DNA of 64,000 nt from Nemertoderma westbladi (taxonomy: Eukaryota; Animalia; Xenacoelomorpha): the NCBI GenBank assembly GCA_032718475.1, contig JAUCBJ010000576.1:1-64000 (forward strand), read 5' to 3'. Position 1 is the stretch's first letter. Each line of letters starts with the position of its first letter. Under the pieces are notes generated by a model. The model was not told where the DNA came from, ran no database searches, and saw only the letters and a program-made list of their open reading frames with translations. The position numbers were made by a program, and so were the translations under genes. This document shows positions 44,537 through 57,045 of this stretch, one piece after another.

Positions 44537-45435
44537 TTAAATAAACCTATGATCAGAGTTCCGGAATACTCGGTCAGACCTCCTCACTCCCTAGTGAGAC
44601 CTCAGACTCTTGATCCTAATAGTATCACGGATCCTCCCAAACTGTACTCACTGTTCAAAGATCTAGTGTTACCCGAACAATTAGTCGGTGGCACTCCGGT
44701 TGTGGGCTCCCTAAATATTCGCCCATCTTACCTAGCCGGATTGGGACGCGGACATCTAATATCGCCATTCAACCGTATCATCGTCCCGGTTTAACCCGAT
44801 ACAACCTGTCACCGAGGTGGAGGAGAGAGTTGTAAGAAACGCGTTGGACACTATTCGTCAAAAGATCGGAAAAGGAACCTACAATTATTTAGAGAAACGT
44901 AAATTGCAGCAGCAAGTCCAAGCGGTAAACGAATTAGCTTTATCTCAGTTCGATCAGGAAATCCAGAACCTCTAAGAAGATATCGAATTTGGACGACTCT
45001 ACTTTCTGCAAGAGTTTTGGACGAATGCTTTCAACGACAAGCGAAGTAAAATCAGCTCGAGGAGAAGCATATCGATCCCGATAGAGCCCGAGAACGCTTG
45101 TTGGAAAGAATCATCAAACCGAGGAAATTTCTCACTACACACGGTCCACCTACCGCTCTCGTGCAAACGACCCGTCAGGGACCAGTAAGAGCTGCTGTCT
45201 TAAAACAAGCTCTCAAGGTTGTTCGACCTCGTTCCACTGAGGTTAATACCGATCAACGGGTACCTCGACCGGTGGATACACCGACCGTAATCCTAAACCT
45301 TCCGATGCAATTGTATTGCACCCTTCACCCAGGAGTTATAGCCCTCCTAGTAAAGTGGCTCGCCCCTAAGAGAAAAGGACTATTGCTAGCCTCAAAAAAC
45401 TGCGTAAACGCCGTCCGCGCAAGAAAGACTAACTG
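44537..45435 (+). pseudogene. Accessory ORF copy C (BEL-4 family), internally deleted
   Basis: 44537-45075 matches ~60510-59970 and 45080-45435 matches ~57395-57046 in inverted orientation; exonuclease and knuckle region deleted. Confidence 0.88.
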
Positions 45436-45510
45436 TTTAGAGTATTTTTATATTTTAGAAACTGTGATTTTTTATATTTTATAGAATTAAATCCCATTTT
45501 CTGGGAGCGG

Positions 45511-46703
45511 TGTAAAGGCTTTTGCGGATCTAGCTAGTCATTTTTCCCGCAAAGTACTCTGTAGGTGTTTTAGCGTACATAAAAAGCCATTTTCTTACTG
45601 TGTAGGTGTTTTAGTGGACATAAAAAGCCATTTTTCTGTATGTGTACTTTAGCGGACATAACAAGCCATTTTATGCCGCAATACGCCAAAATACTCTTAA
45701 TACAGTGTAGTTCAGATGACGACATCTACCAGCTGATATGTCGACGTGGAGCTTTTGGCTTTCTTTGTTCAGGCTCACTCACTCGACCAATCAGAGCGAT
45801 TTTCATTTTATTTGCACAGAAGCCTCCGGGAAATCGCGCAATGCATTATGGTCTTTGTTTACCTTTTTTCCTGAGCCCAGAACATCGGCTTTGGAATTAT
45901 TCTGTGTTTCAAACTTTAGCCAAACATTAGAACGGCTTTGATCATAGAAACGTATAACTGTTATCATACTTGTCACATATCTACCACCTATCATATCATA
46001 ACTATACGTGCCTTTCACCGCATTATTTTACTGCTATTTACTGTCGGTTATTAATTGTTATCAGTTGATGGAATGTTGTTATATTTGGAGAATATCGATA
46101 AATAACCATAAAACCCCAATCTTCTTGATATACTGAAGGTTAGAGAGACCGGTTACATATAGCAATTGCGACTTACATTATAGTGGTTTTGGAGTGAATT
46201 GAATGCTATTTCATAGGCCCTACATGTGTCGGTTGCTATTCTCCTTATATATGATCAAATTTAGTGAAGGTCGGCAGATCAGTGTGCAGCAGTGTGCGGT
46301 AGTGTGTATGAGTGTGACAGATAACAAAGCATTTCCTAAAGAATGCGCCTTATACGTAAATCAATAGCCATCCCGTTGTGTTTAGTGTAAGTCATAACTC
46401 TGTTTACATACTTAGAGCGCCACGTCCTAAAGGAACTGTTAATATTTCCCGAAAGTGAATAATATTTGTCAGAGATTATATGTTAACGATCAATCGAATA
46501 GTACAATAAGCCTACACCGCAATAAGGTCAGAGCATCCGAATCCAGTCTCCCTTAACCGTGGGTGAATGATCGCGCATAGGCTGGCTTCGGCTAATGTAA
46601 CTTTATGTGTATCAAATACTTGTTATAGGCTAAAGTCGATTTATAACCTAGAAGACACCTAAATTTGGCAGGTTAAACTGCTAAAGGTCTAAAAGCGCGA
46701 ACA
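45511..46703 (+). repeat. BEL-4-family LTR preceded by PPT gggagcgg (45503-45510)
   Basis: ttttctgggagcgg|TGTAAAG; inverted homologue of 55807-56967; short tandem repeats at the 5' end; candidate CA end at 46703. Confidence 0.8.
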
Positions 46704-48167
46704 ATACAGGCTCACCGGTTCTAGAGGCCGCTGTTCCACGTGGCAAGGAACAGATAACAGATAGAACTCTGTCCGAAGTAGTGCAGATAATATTGACTCC
46801 TTCCCATCTCCTCTCCGCAATTTCTGTCTACTCGCGACTTGTCATCTCTTCGGGATAAGTATTTCGTATAAACTTATTGCAATATTCTTCTCTCATTCAA
46901 TTAATACATAATAGTACAAATAAATTCAATTAATATATTTAATTCACAAGTAATAAACAATTTCTTTTGTTTTTAAAAGCTGGCCTCACCCGGTCACCTA
47001 ACAACTCGTGTGGGCAATAAATTTAATAACTAATTCCGTTCTCTGTAAAACTAACAATAGCCCAAAATCATAAAGAGTATACTACATATAGTGAGTGATA
47101 ATTGCACAGCACATAGGGCGATTAATACTGACCATTGGTTGGGCCGTATGGAGAAGAGCCTTTAACAAGAAAGACGCTATTAATAAAATAATATTGGAAT
47201 CCAGGGTATATGTTTTTGCCGAAGTTAAACCAATATTATGTATGCCCTTAGTAGCTCGATTTGTACAGGGCCCTGGCAATAAAATGGGGCAAGCCACGTA
47301 ATAAGGTAATAAATGAATAATGAGTGGGGCGAGCCACAAAGTAAGTTAAGTGGACAATATATGAAGCACAAATATGAATACAATTATTTTCGGGCAGGGA
47401 TTTTTACACTCCCCCACTATTAATTGGTGAATTAATAGTAACTGCTAATAGAAAAAACTGCGCGGAAATAATAAATATTAGTATTGTACTAATTAGCAAG
47501 TATGAGACAAAATACTGAAGATATATCGAAATGACAATTGTAATTTTACTTGCATAGCAATAAATGTTCTAACAACTAGTTATTTATAAAACTGCACGTC
47601 ACTTTCATGTGCGAAATATCTACTGTACATAATAATAATGTCATGTTGTTAGAAGCCTCTGTAAGAATGATATATTGATCCCCGCTCCCGGAAAGTTCCA
47701 ATTTCGATTGTTGTGGAGAATTTGAGATAGTTACCACAACTGACGAGCTCTCCCCCTGTAAAGAGAGTTTTCGTTATTGGATCCATATATGAACAGAGTT
47801 GGAGATTTCCATGTGGAAATTTCAGTAATCAGATTTCATAACTGTAAAGGAAATAAGCATTAAGGATCAGGGAGATCATCGCTAAAATCAAACAAGACTC
47901 CGGACCTAATCCTATTGTTATCTGTTTCCAATTTTATGAATATATTCTTGACTATTTAGTATACAGTATATGGCGCTGTATCATAATAGTGTTACTCATA
48001 TAATCGCCATAAAGTTGATCAACATCCAATTTTACAAATATTCGTATTAAATTAATCGTTCATCCTATTCATATAATTAGTGGAATATTAATTAATTATT
48101 TACACTTATATATTGATACGAATTGTTATAGATAAACATGACATATGTACCAACAGTATTACAAGTT

Positions 48168-51100
48168 TTAAGTTTCCACGGAAAGGCGAGTTTCTTCAAG
48201 AAGGCAAAGGCGTTGTATAGGTCTGAGAAGTTCTTGCCCGGTTATAATTCGAATTGTTGCTGTTCGAACTATACCACTACGGTCAGCATTCGTTCTTAAC
48301 ACAATACCAGTGACCCAAAGTCGACGGGGTATGTTTTCACCATGAACAAGGACATAATCACCTCGCCGTAGGTTTCGGTGTTTCTTATACCATTTTTGGC
48401 GGACTGATACTCTTGGAATATAAAATTTCTGCCAATGGTCCCAGAATTTGCAGAATTTGTCTGCCCTGTACTGTGTACGCTTCCAAGACTGGTGTGCTTT
48501 GGAGTTATTTTTCCCTGAGTTGTCTTGAGGAACAGGAATAAATGGTTTGGTGTTAAGAATATGGGCAGGAGTGATAATCTTTGGGTTTGTAAGATCTGTT
48601 GTCTGACCAGTTAAGGGAAGGGAATTCAACATACCTTCAACCTCGGCAAGTACTGTCAACAGCTGATCATCAGTGAGTGGTTTAGTAGTTTCAGCCGTTT
48701 TTCTCAAAGCCAGTTTGACTCTTAACTTCCCGTTCCCATGCCCCGTTTCTCCACTTTGCATAAGGAGTGTGTAGTTTCCACTCAATTTTTCTTTGATTGA
48801 GTTCCTTGTGGATTTTATCGAATTTCCAAGATTTATACCACTTTTGTATTAGATTATTAGCACCAGTAAAATTGGTGCCTCTGTCACTATTTATCGTTTT
48901 GACTTCACCTCTACGTCCAATAAAGCGTCTAAGTGCAAAATAAAAGCATCTGTAGATGCATCTGTACATCTGTCAATGTGTATTGCTCTCGAGTTTAGGC
49001 ATGTGAACAAAATTCCATAAACCTTTACTTCAGTATTAATGATCTTTATTACAATTGGACCCCATATATCAAGTCCGGTATTGGCAAAAGGCGTTTGATT
49101 TGATGTTATTCTTACGTCAGGCAAATCTGACATTCTCTGTTTCATTAATGGCGCATTTACTTCTTTACAAATCATACACTCATCTAAGATTGAATTTAGG
49201 GCTCTTGATGGATGATGTAAGTAATACAGGTTTCTTAGATGAGCCAATATGTAATTTCTGCCTGCATGGCAATTGTCACGGTGACTGTCATAAATCACTT
49301 GGTTCTGTATCATCAGTTGTGGTAAGATTATTGGGTTCTTATAGTTGAAATCGTAAATAGTTGATTGTAGTCGTGTTGAGGCTCGTATAATTTCTAAGTT
49401 CTTGTCAAAGAAACAGTTGAAATTAAAAAGGTCTGAACTTCCAGGAATGGGGTTGGTATATTCCTTCGGGAATCCCATGAATTGATAAATCCTGATTAGT
49501 ACGCATTCGGCAATTCCGTTTTCTTTGAGTGATATTGGCCCATACATTATTTCGTTTTGGTTTCTTTCTATTGATCTAGTAACCCTTGTCCAATTTTGAG
49601 ATTTTCGAATACGCCACAGATTAATGAATCGTTTTAATATTATTACTATCTTTGTCAGTTTCTTCCAAGAACTCTGTCGTTGGAAGCAATGATCCCAAAT
49701 CTCGAGTTGAAGAAATATTTTCTTAATATTGTTATCAACATCCTCAGAGATAGTTAGAAGTGTTACCTTGACCTTTTCTTTACACATTTTTAACTCTAAT
49801 TGTATTTTGTCGAATTCTGATTGATTTTTTAACTTTGGCCAGTTTTCTTTTGAATCCATCAGGAATGCTGGACCTGTAAACCAATCGGTTTTTTCGCAGA
49901 GGTATTTAATCGTACAGCCTCTGGAAGCAACATCTGATGGATTTAATTCACCTGGGCACCAGTTCCATTGATTCAATGTGGTTTGGTCAAGTATCACAGC
50001 CCTCTTGTTTGCCTCATAGGTTTTTATTGCCGCAGTGCATCGCAGGTAAGCTAATACCACAGAAGAATCTGTCCACATGTACAATTCTGTTTTAAAAGTT
50101 AGGTGTTCTTTAACAAGGACAGCTAATTCAACTGATAATGATGCTGCAAGTAGCTCTGCGCGAGGGATTGATACAAAAGTTTTACTATTGAGAGTTTTAG
50201 ACTTTGCTGTAATGAATCCAATCTGGACATTTCCATCTATGTTTTCTGTTCTTAGGTAGATCACCATTCCAATTCCTGTTTTACTCGCATCTGAGAAAGC
50301 ATGTATTTGGTATTGAGGTTCATGAGGTACGGTGGTGGTATACCATCTTGGTACAAATAGTTCTTGCATGTCGGCCATTTGTTTCACCCACTTATTCCAT
50401 TTTTGACATATATCATCAGGAATTTTGGTGTCCCAAACTAATTCTGCCTTCCAAAGTTCCTGAATAATTTGCTTGGCTTAGAGAATAGCAGGACAAATGA
50501 AATTTAGTGGATCATAGAATGAAGCCATCAGGCTCACACAACGTCGTTTTGTCCAGTATTTAGGTTCATCAAAGATCATCCATCTTACATAAAGCATATC
50601 TGTGTGTGGGCTCCATCCAACTCCAAGTGATTTCGATTCTGGGAGTGTTTGTTCATTGAGCAGGTCCACATCACCAGTATATCGAAGCTTTGGGTCAAAT
50701 GTCTTCAAGAATTCCAAAGAGTTTGAGGCAAATTTGGTCAGATGGAAATTACCTCTCTTCAGACACTCAACTAGTTGATGTGCTATAAGTGTCATCTTCG
50801 CAAGATCGTCTTGGGAATATAGCCCATCATCAACGTAGAAATCGTGTAGGATAATTTCTAATACTTCTGGATCGAAATCATTTTGGTTATCTAATCCAGT
50901 TTTGTTCAATGTGTTAATGACTATGTTGGAAGAATCAACCTTTCCAAATGTATGGACGACGAATTTGTATTCTACAGGTTCCCCAGTCATGTCTTCATTG
51001 GGCCACCAAAGAAAGCGCAGTGCATCTTGATCTTCTTCTCGGAGGTGTACTCTATGATACATAGCTTCTATGTCACAGTTAAAAGCATATTGGTGTTCTC

Positions 51101-53320
51101 GGAACCTGAGTAATATTCCCAGTAAATAGTTTACAGTCTTACAGCCTTTACAGAGTTCATCATTGAGACTTTTCCCTTTATATTTTGCGGCTCCATCAAT
51201 CACCACTCTAACTTTGTGCGGTTTGTCTGGTGTGGTTACAAAGTGATGCGGAAGGTAGTTGGTTTTTTGTGAGGTATTTTCTGGATTCTTAATTCTGACC
51301 AAGTATCCCTTTTGAATATATTCATCGCATTGTGTACAATATTTCTTATGATGGTCTTCATTAGCAAGCAGTTGATCTTTCAGGTGATAAGCTCTCTTAA
51401 GAGCAAGATTTCTGTTATTGGTTAATTGTGGATTATCTTGTTTCCACAGCAACCCTACCTCATATTTACCATTTGGGAGTAGTCGTGTTGTCTCGTCTAA
51501 GAGTCTCTTTGCTCTTTTCTCCTCAGAACTCATGGTTGATTTATTGGAGCCTTTCTCTGGAGTTTCTGACTCATAATACCTCTTTATTGTCTCCATGACC
51601 TACCGATCATGTTCTAAAACATCGGCTACTTCTTCCATATATTTATGAAAATGCTTTATCTTTGGTGGAGGAATTAGAGTAGCAAAAGTAATGTGCAGGG
51701 ATATATCATCTTCCTCATCCGTTGTATTTTCATCAGATGAAGTATAATATTCACAGTGTTCAAGTTCCTGTCGATATCTGTTTTTAAGAACTTTGTCGGT
51801 AGGTGCTCTGATATACCATCCAAAGATTGACAGTGTAGCATGTGGTTCAAGACTATGTACTATAGGATGTTTGGGAATAGTGTCATATATCCTAGTAGCT
51901 TCAAAAATATCGGTACCTATTAACATTGAACACTCAGCACTATTTGCTTTAACAAATGGAACACCCAAATCTTCAAAATATTGCTTTTCTTCATTGCTCC
52001 ATGGATAAGATTGCCTAAATGTTTTCTTGAATTCCTTTAAGGTTTTTAGCTTAATATTTTGTAAAGGAAGGTCTTTCGGGTAAGGGGAGATTGAAGCTGT
52101 GTCTAAACTGCAGATGAAATCATAACTGTTTACACTTTGTTGCTTTTCAATTGTGTTAAGATTCATTTTCTTAAAATTTCTTACTGGCCCTAGCAGACGT
52201 GCGACATCTTCATCAATGAAGGATATAGAGGAAGCTGTGTCAATCATTGCATTGATAATAGTTTTGCCATATTTTCCTATGACAACTATGGGTAGTACTG
52301 CAGAGGATTTCATTTGATCATTTCTTACTTCAGTGTGGTAACATTTATGCGAAAGTTGACAAGATTGACACTGGTGTTCACATTGCTGATCTTCTTCTGC
52401 ACTCAATGAGTCCAAGTCATCATCGGTTGATGTGTCTGTTAGTTGATCACTATCAGTATCATCTGCTTCAGCAGTCGCCTGCACCTGTTTCGTGACAATA
52501 GGTGTTGCAGGTCTTGTGCGTAGTGATCGTTTTCCCTTTCCAATTGTATTTGTCTGTTCATCTGGATCTGACTTAATTTCTGATTTATATTTAGGATCTT
52601 TATGTAGCATTGTATTATGTCTGCTGTTGCAAATGTTACACTTAATACTCTGACGACAAGCATTAACCTTATGCTTATTTGATAAGCAGTTATAGCATAT
52701 TCCATATTGCCTGGCCTTTCCTCTTTTTTCTAAGGTTGAAAGGGCTAGAAATTGTTGACAGTTACTTAATCGGTGACCAGGTTGATTACACATATAGCAT
52801 GTTGTTCTTGGTATTTGGTCATAATTGGAGGTTGTGTTAGCATTTGGTATATATGAGCCTCCTCTATACCCTTTGCTTAAAGCACTATCGACATTTGTCA
52901 GTAATGATGTCATCATATCTTTTATTTCTTCTATAGTGGATGATTGTTGTTGTGATTCATTGGTAATAAATATGGGTTTATATGGTTTAACTGGTACTGA
53001 TCGAGATTGTGGTGCATTGTCTTCACGATAAATAGGTAAACCAGTAGATGTAACTTCCTTGTGGAGAATTCCGACTCTAATTTGGCTGTTTTTTCGCAAG
53101 CATCTGTGTATGCATGATGTATTACTTCAGCCAAATGTACAAGTTCTTGTTCTGTATACTTTTCCCTATCACTTTGGTATTTTTCCAAGACTCTACTGGT
53201 GTCTTTTAGCTTTGCAGACAAATGGCGTTTTATGGCGCCGATTTTATAACCAATAGTACTGCTGCCCTTACTGGTTGTAGACATCATACAACTAAGGTAG
53301 CCTAAATAATATTTATACAA
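48168..53320 (-). pseudogene. BEL/Pao element 3 gag-pol, decayed
   Basis: Knuckles CYMC/CYNC/CNIC, protease MIDTAS, RT YLPHH and FYVDD, RNase H IHAFSDAS, integrase GLDIWGP and SDRGTNF; in-frame stops at 51600 and 50478, frameshifts near 48920 and 48720; capsid part of gag appears deleted. Confidence 0.92.
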
Positions 53321-54199
53321 TATAATTAACTCATAATACGTCTAATAATAATAATCTGTGGAATTAATTACAAAATAATTAATTATAGTATAAACATCAG
53401 CGGTGATTCGACAGGAAATCATCACTCAATACATCTGCATTATTAAACAAATAATCGTACTTTATGTTTCCTGACAGATATGAACTTTTAGTAACAAATA
53501 TTCAGCCTACAGCGGAACAATGTATATACAGTAAACTCAGAGCTTGTGAAATAATAATTGTAAAATAAAAATAAGGGATATGTGTATGTGTAATGCATAA
53601 TATGATATGTATATACAATAACATACATATTCTATAGAATGGCGCGAAACTGTATGTAAATAATAGCATCAATATAGCCGATACGAAATTGCATACATTT
53701 AGTAACCCTTTCAATGAGATGCATTTGCATCTTATAATTTCCTTCACCAATAAATTATTATATGTGTATATTTAATTAAATGTAAGTATGGTGTAGGCAC
53801 CTTTATAGCCGTCCATTATGCTCCGGCGACGACTCCTACACTATGGAACAGACATCATACCCTTCGGCACACTTGGGAAATATATAACATAAAAGAGATA
53901 CAGGAAAACAAAACACAAACAAATACGATCAATAGTCGGGTATATAGAGCTATTTATTTTATTATATAGTTATTATCATTAATTTGAATGTTATTCATAA
54001 ACTATTATCCCAATTAATTATCCCACACATGCTGTAGGCCTAATCTAGTCACATTTGAGGTACAATAGGGGAAGAGAAACGTCATTAAGTATAATATACA
54101 CCACACAATCACAGATACAAACGATAAATTATTGAATATAAAAGCAACGTTATTAGACAGAAAATATAAAAGCTATATTCAGAAGAGAGCTTTTAAAAA

Positions 54200-54274
54200 T
54201 GTAAAAACCGCCGAAATAGGTTCTAAAATAAATTTGATAGCATTTATTTACTGATTAGATAACACATACTTATA
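54200..54274 (-). repeat. BEL-3 5' LTR remnant
   Basis: tgtaaaaaccgccgaaataggttc...ctgattaga identical to 42594-42652, then acacatacttata. Confidence 0.8.
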
Positions 54275-54279
54275 AACAT

Positions 54280-55135
54280 ATCATAAACCCATATAACATA
54301 AGAAACAAGATGATACTATCTATTGATCAATTGGCTTAATTTTAAAAATTTGGTCATGCTACAAAAATTTTTACCCACCGCCGAAAAATACAAGTTTGAA
54401 AACTTTTATGCAATTTTTACTTATTCCATTGAATTCGGAACCATCATAAACCCGTATAACGCAAGAAAGAAGGTGAAACAATCAATTGCAATTGATATAT
54501 TTGATGGTTTTCAAAATTTGGTGCTACAGTAGCACCAAATTTTGCACCTATTCGAAATATAGAAGTTTGAGATGTCTTGTTAGATAATTATTAATTCCAT
54601 TTAATTTTTGGTTTAATTTTATTAATTTAGGTTTAATTTTTGGTTTAATTTTATTAATTTAGGTTTAATTAGATTTAATTTTAATTTTTTTAATTTTAAT
54701 ATTTGGTGTAGGCACCAAAATTTGGCACCCGCAGACAAAAATAAGTTTGAAATTTTTAAATTAATTCATATAAATTCCATCTAATTGCAAACACCAAAAA
54801 AACGGTGTAAAAAAAAACGTTTCAGATCATATTTAATCAAATGTAATTTTCATAAAACGCCTCAAAAAAAGTTACAAAAGTGTTAAAAAGGGTTAAAAAA
54901 TGGTGCTATAACTCAAAAACTTCCCAATATTTTTGAAAACCGTTTTCATTATTAGGAAGACAATAGATTTTTAGGAAAAGTTATAAAATTTCGGATTACA
55001 TTGTTTCAGAGTTATAACAAAAAAACACGGGGGGGGGGGGGGGTGATATAAATTTATAACACTGGGGGGTGATATTAATTTATACGACTTGTTATACATC
55101 AGTATTCCCCTTAGCCCCCCCCCCCCCCCCCCCCC
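54280..55135. mobile_element. AT-rich non-autonomous DNA-element remnant, piggyBac-MITE-like
   Basis: Degenerate ~180-bp repeats with aaaatttggtgct...gcaccaaattt palindromes, G and C runs; ends not resolved. Confidence 0.45.
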
Positions 55136-55479
55136 ATACGTTTAGACAGTATCCAAGGTACCGAAGTCTGGATTCTGTTACTGGTAGGCTGTCTTATTGC
55201 ACCAATAGATGTTTGTTTATTGTTTTGGTTACTGCCTACCGGTAAGTAACCTAGGTACTAACCCTAAATAGTCCATCCCGAAGTAGTAATATTTCCATTC
55301 AGCCATTATAATTTCGCTATAATTTCGGACTATCGGACACTATTGTCACGCGAATGTAACAATCCGGATATAGTAGGATATACCGGTAGCCGACTACTGG
55401 ACTAGACCTAACGCCCCAGTCAGCTAGTGTTGGAAATTGGCTGAGAATGCCATACCCAGTACGGCAACGAAAACCACCC

Positions 55480-55800
55480 CATTCTTATGGTTTTTCGGGA
55501 GTGGATTCAGATAAAGACATAGACGAAGATGGTAGTGAGGCTGACACAGCTGGCAGTGACGACGACATTGGTTAGTGGTACCGGTAGTAGCAATGACGAC
55601 GATGACCGCTTTATGCTCCCTGAATCCAATGTTTGGAAATCGATTGATCCAGACCAGGATCCATTTCAGCCTCACTGTTTCAATTCAACATCTGGCTGGC
55701 GGGGTGTGGATACAACAAATTTTGAAATTGGAGATTATGTTGATATTTTCTTGACTGATAATTTAATTGACATAATTGTAAAGTGCACCAATCACAGAAT
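55480..55800 (+). pseudogene. piggyBac-like transposase N-terminal fragment, cut by the BEL-4 LTR
   Basis: Acidic N-terminus, then W...F...G...YVDIFLTDNLIDIIVKCTN, typical of the start of the piggyBac transposase domain. Confidence 0.7.
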
Positions 55801-55806
55801 CCACTT

Positions 55807-56967
55807 TTCGCGCTTTCAGACCTTTAGCAGTTTAACCTGCCAATTTTAGGTGTCCTCTTGTTTATAAATCGACTTTAGCCTATAACAAGTATTTAGTGCA
55901 CATGAAGTTACATTAGCCGAAGCAAGTCTATGCGCGATCATTCACCCACTGTTAAGGGAGACTGGATTCGGGTGCTTTGAAGTGATTACGGTGCAGACCT
56001 ACTGTATTATTCGATTGGTCGTTACTATATAATCTCTGACAATATTATTCACTTTCCGGGAAATATTAACAGTTCCTTTAGGACGTGGCGCTTTAAGTAT
56101 ATAAAACAGAGTTATGACTTATACTAAACACAACTAGATGGCTACTGAGTTTCGTAAATAGCGCATTCTTTAGGAGATGCTTTATTATCTGTCACACTAC
56201 TTCACACGACTTCACACTACTTCACACTGATCTGCCGACTGTCACTGAATTTGATCATATATAAGGAGGATAGCAACTGACACATGTAGGGATTATGAAA
56301 TAGTATTTAATTCACACAAAATAATGTAAGTCGCAATTGCTAAAGGTAACAGGTCCCTCTTACCTTCAGTAATCAAGAAGATTGGGGGTTTTATGATTAT
56401 TTATCGGTATTCTCCAAATATAACAACATATCCATCAATATATAACAATTAATAACAGACAGTAAAATAATGCGGTGAACAATCAGTATATGTTACTTAT
56501 GCAAGTCAGTTCAGCAGTTTGAGTTGATATGTGGATTGAGTTGTCGAGATAATAGATTTACGTTCTTGTAATCAAAGCTATCTAATGTTTGGCCAAAGTC
56601 TGAAACTTCTACAGAAGCACAGAAGAATTCTAAGCCGGTGTTCTGAGGCTCAGAAAAGGTAAACAAAGACCGTAATGCATTGCGCGGTTTTACATAGGCC
56701 CTTGTCCAACATAAAATGAAAATCGCTCTGATTGGCTGAGCAGAACAAGGAGGTTCCACGTTTACAGAAAATCAGCTGACAGATTTCGTCATCTGAGCTC
56801 CAGTCTTTTAGAGTATTAGGCGCATTGCGGCAAAAAATGACTTGTTATGTCCGCTAAAGCACCTACACGGTACATTGCGGAGAAAAATGACTTGTTATGT
56901 CCGCTAAAGCACCTACACGGTATATTGCGGAGAAAAATGACTTATTATGTCCGCAAAAGCTTTTACA
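55807..56967 (-). repeat. BEL-4 3' LTR with PPT GGGAGCGG at 56975-56968
   Basis: Homologous to 45511-46703; starts TGTAAAAG directly after the PPT; 53-bp tandem repeats at ~56820-56960. Confidence 0.82.
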
Positions 56968-57045
56968 CCGCTCCCAGAAAATGGGATTTAATTCTATAAA
57001 ATATAAAAAATCACAGTTTCTAAAATATAAAAATACTCTAAACAG

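Noticed and set aside
51597-51602. Programmed stop readthrough between BEL-3 gag-protease and RT
   Set aside because: The element has another in-frame stop and several frameshifts; simple decay explains it
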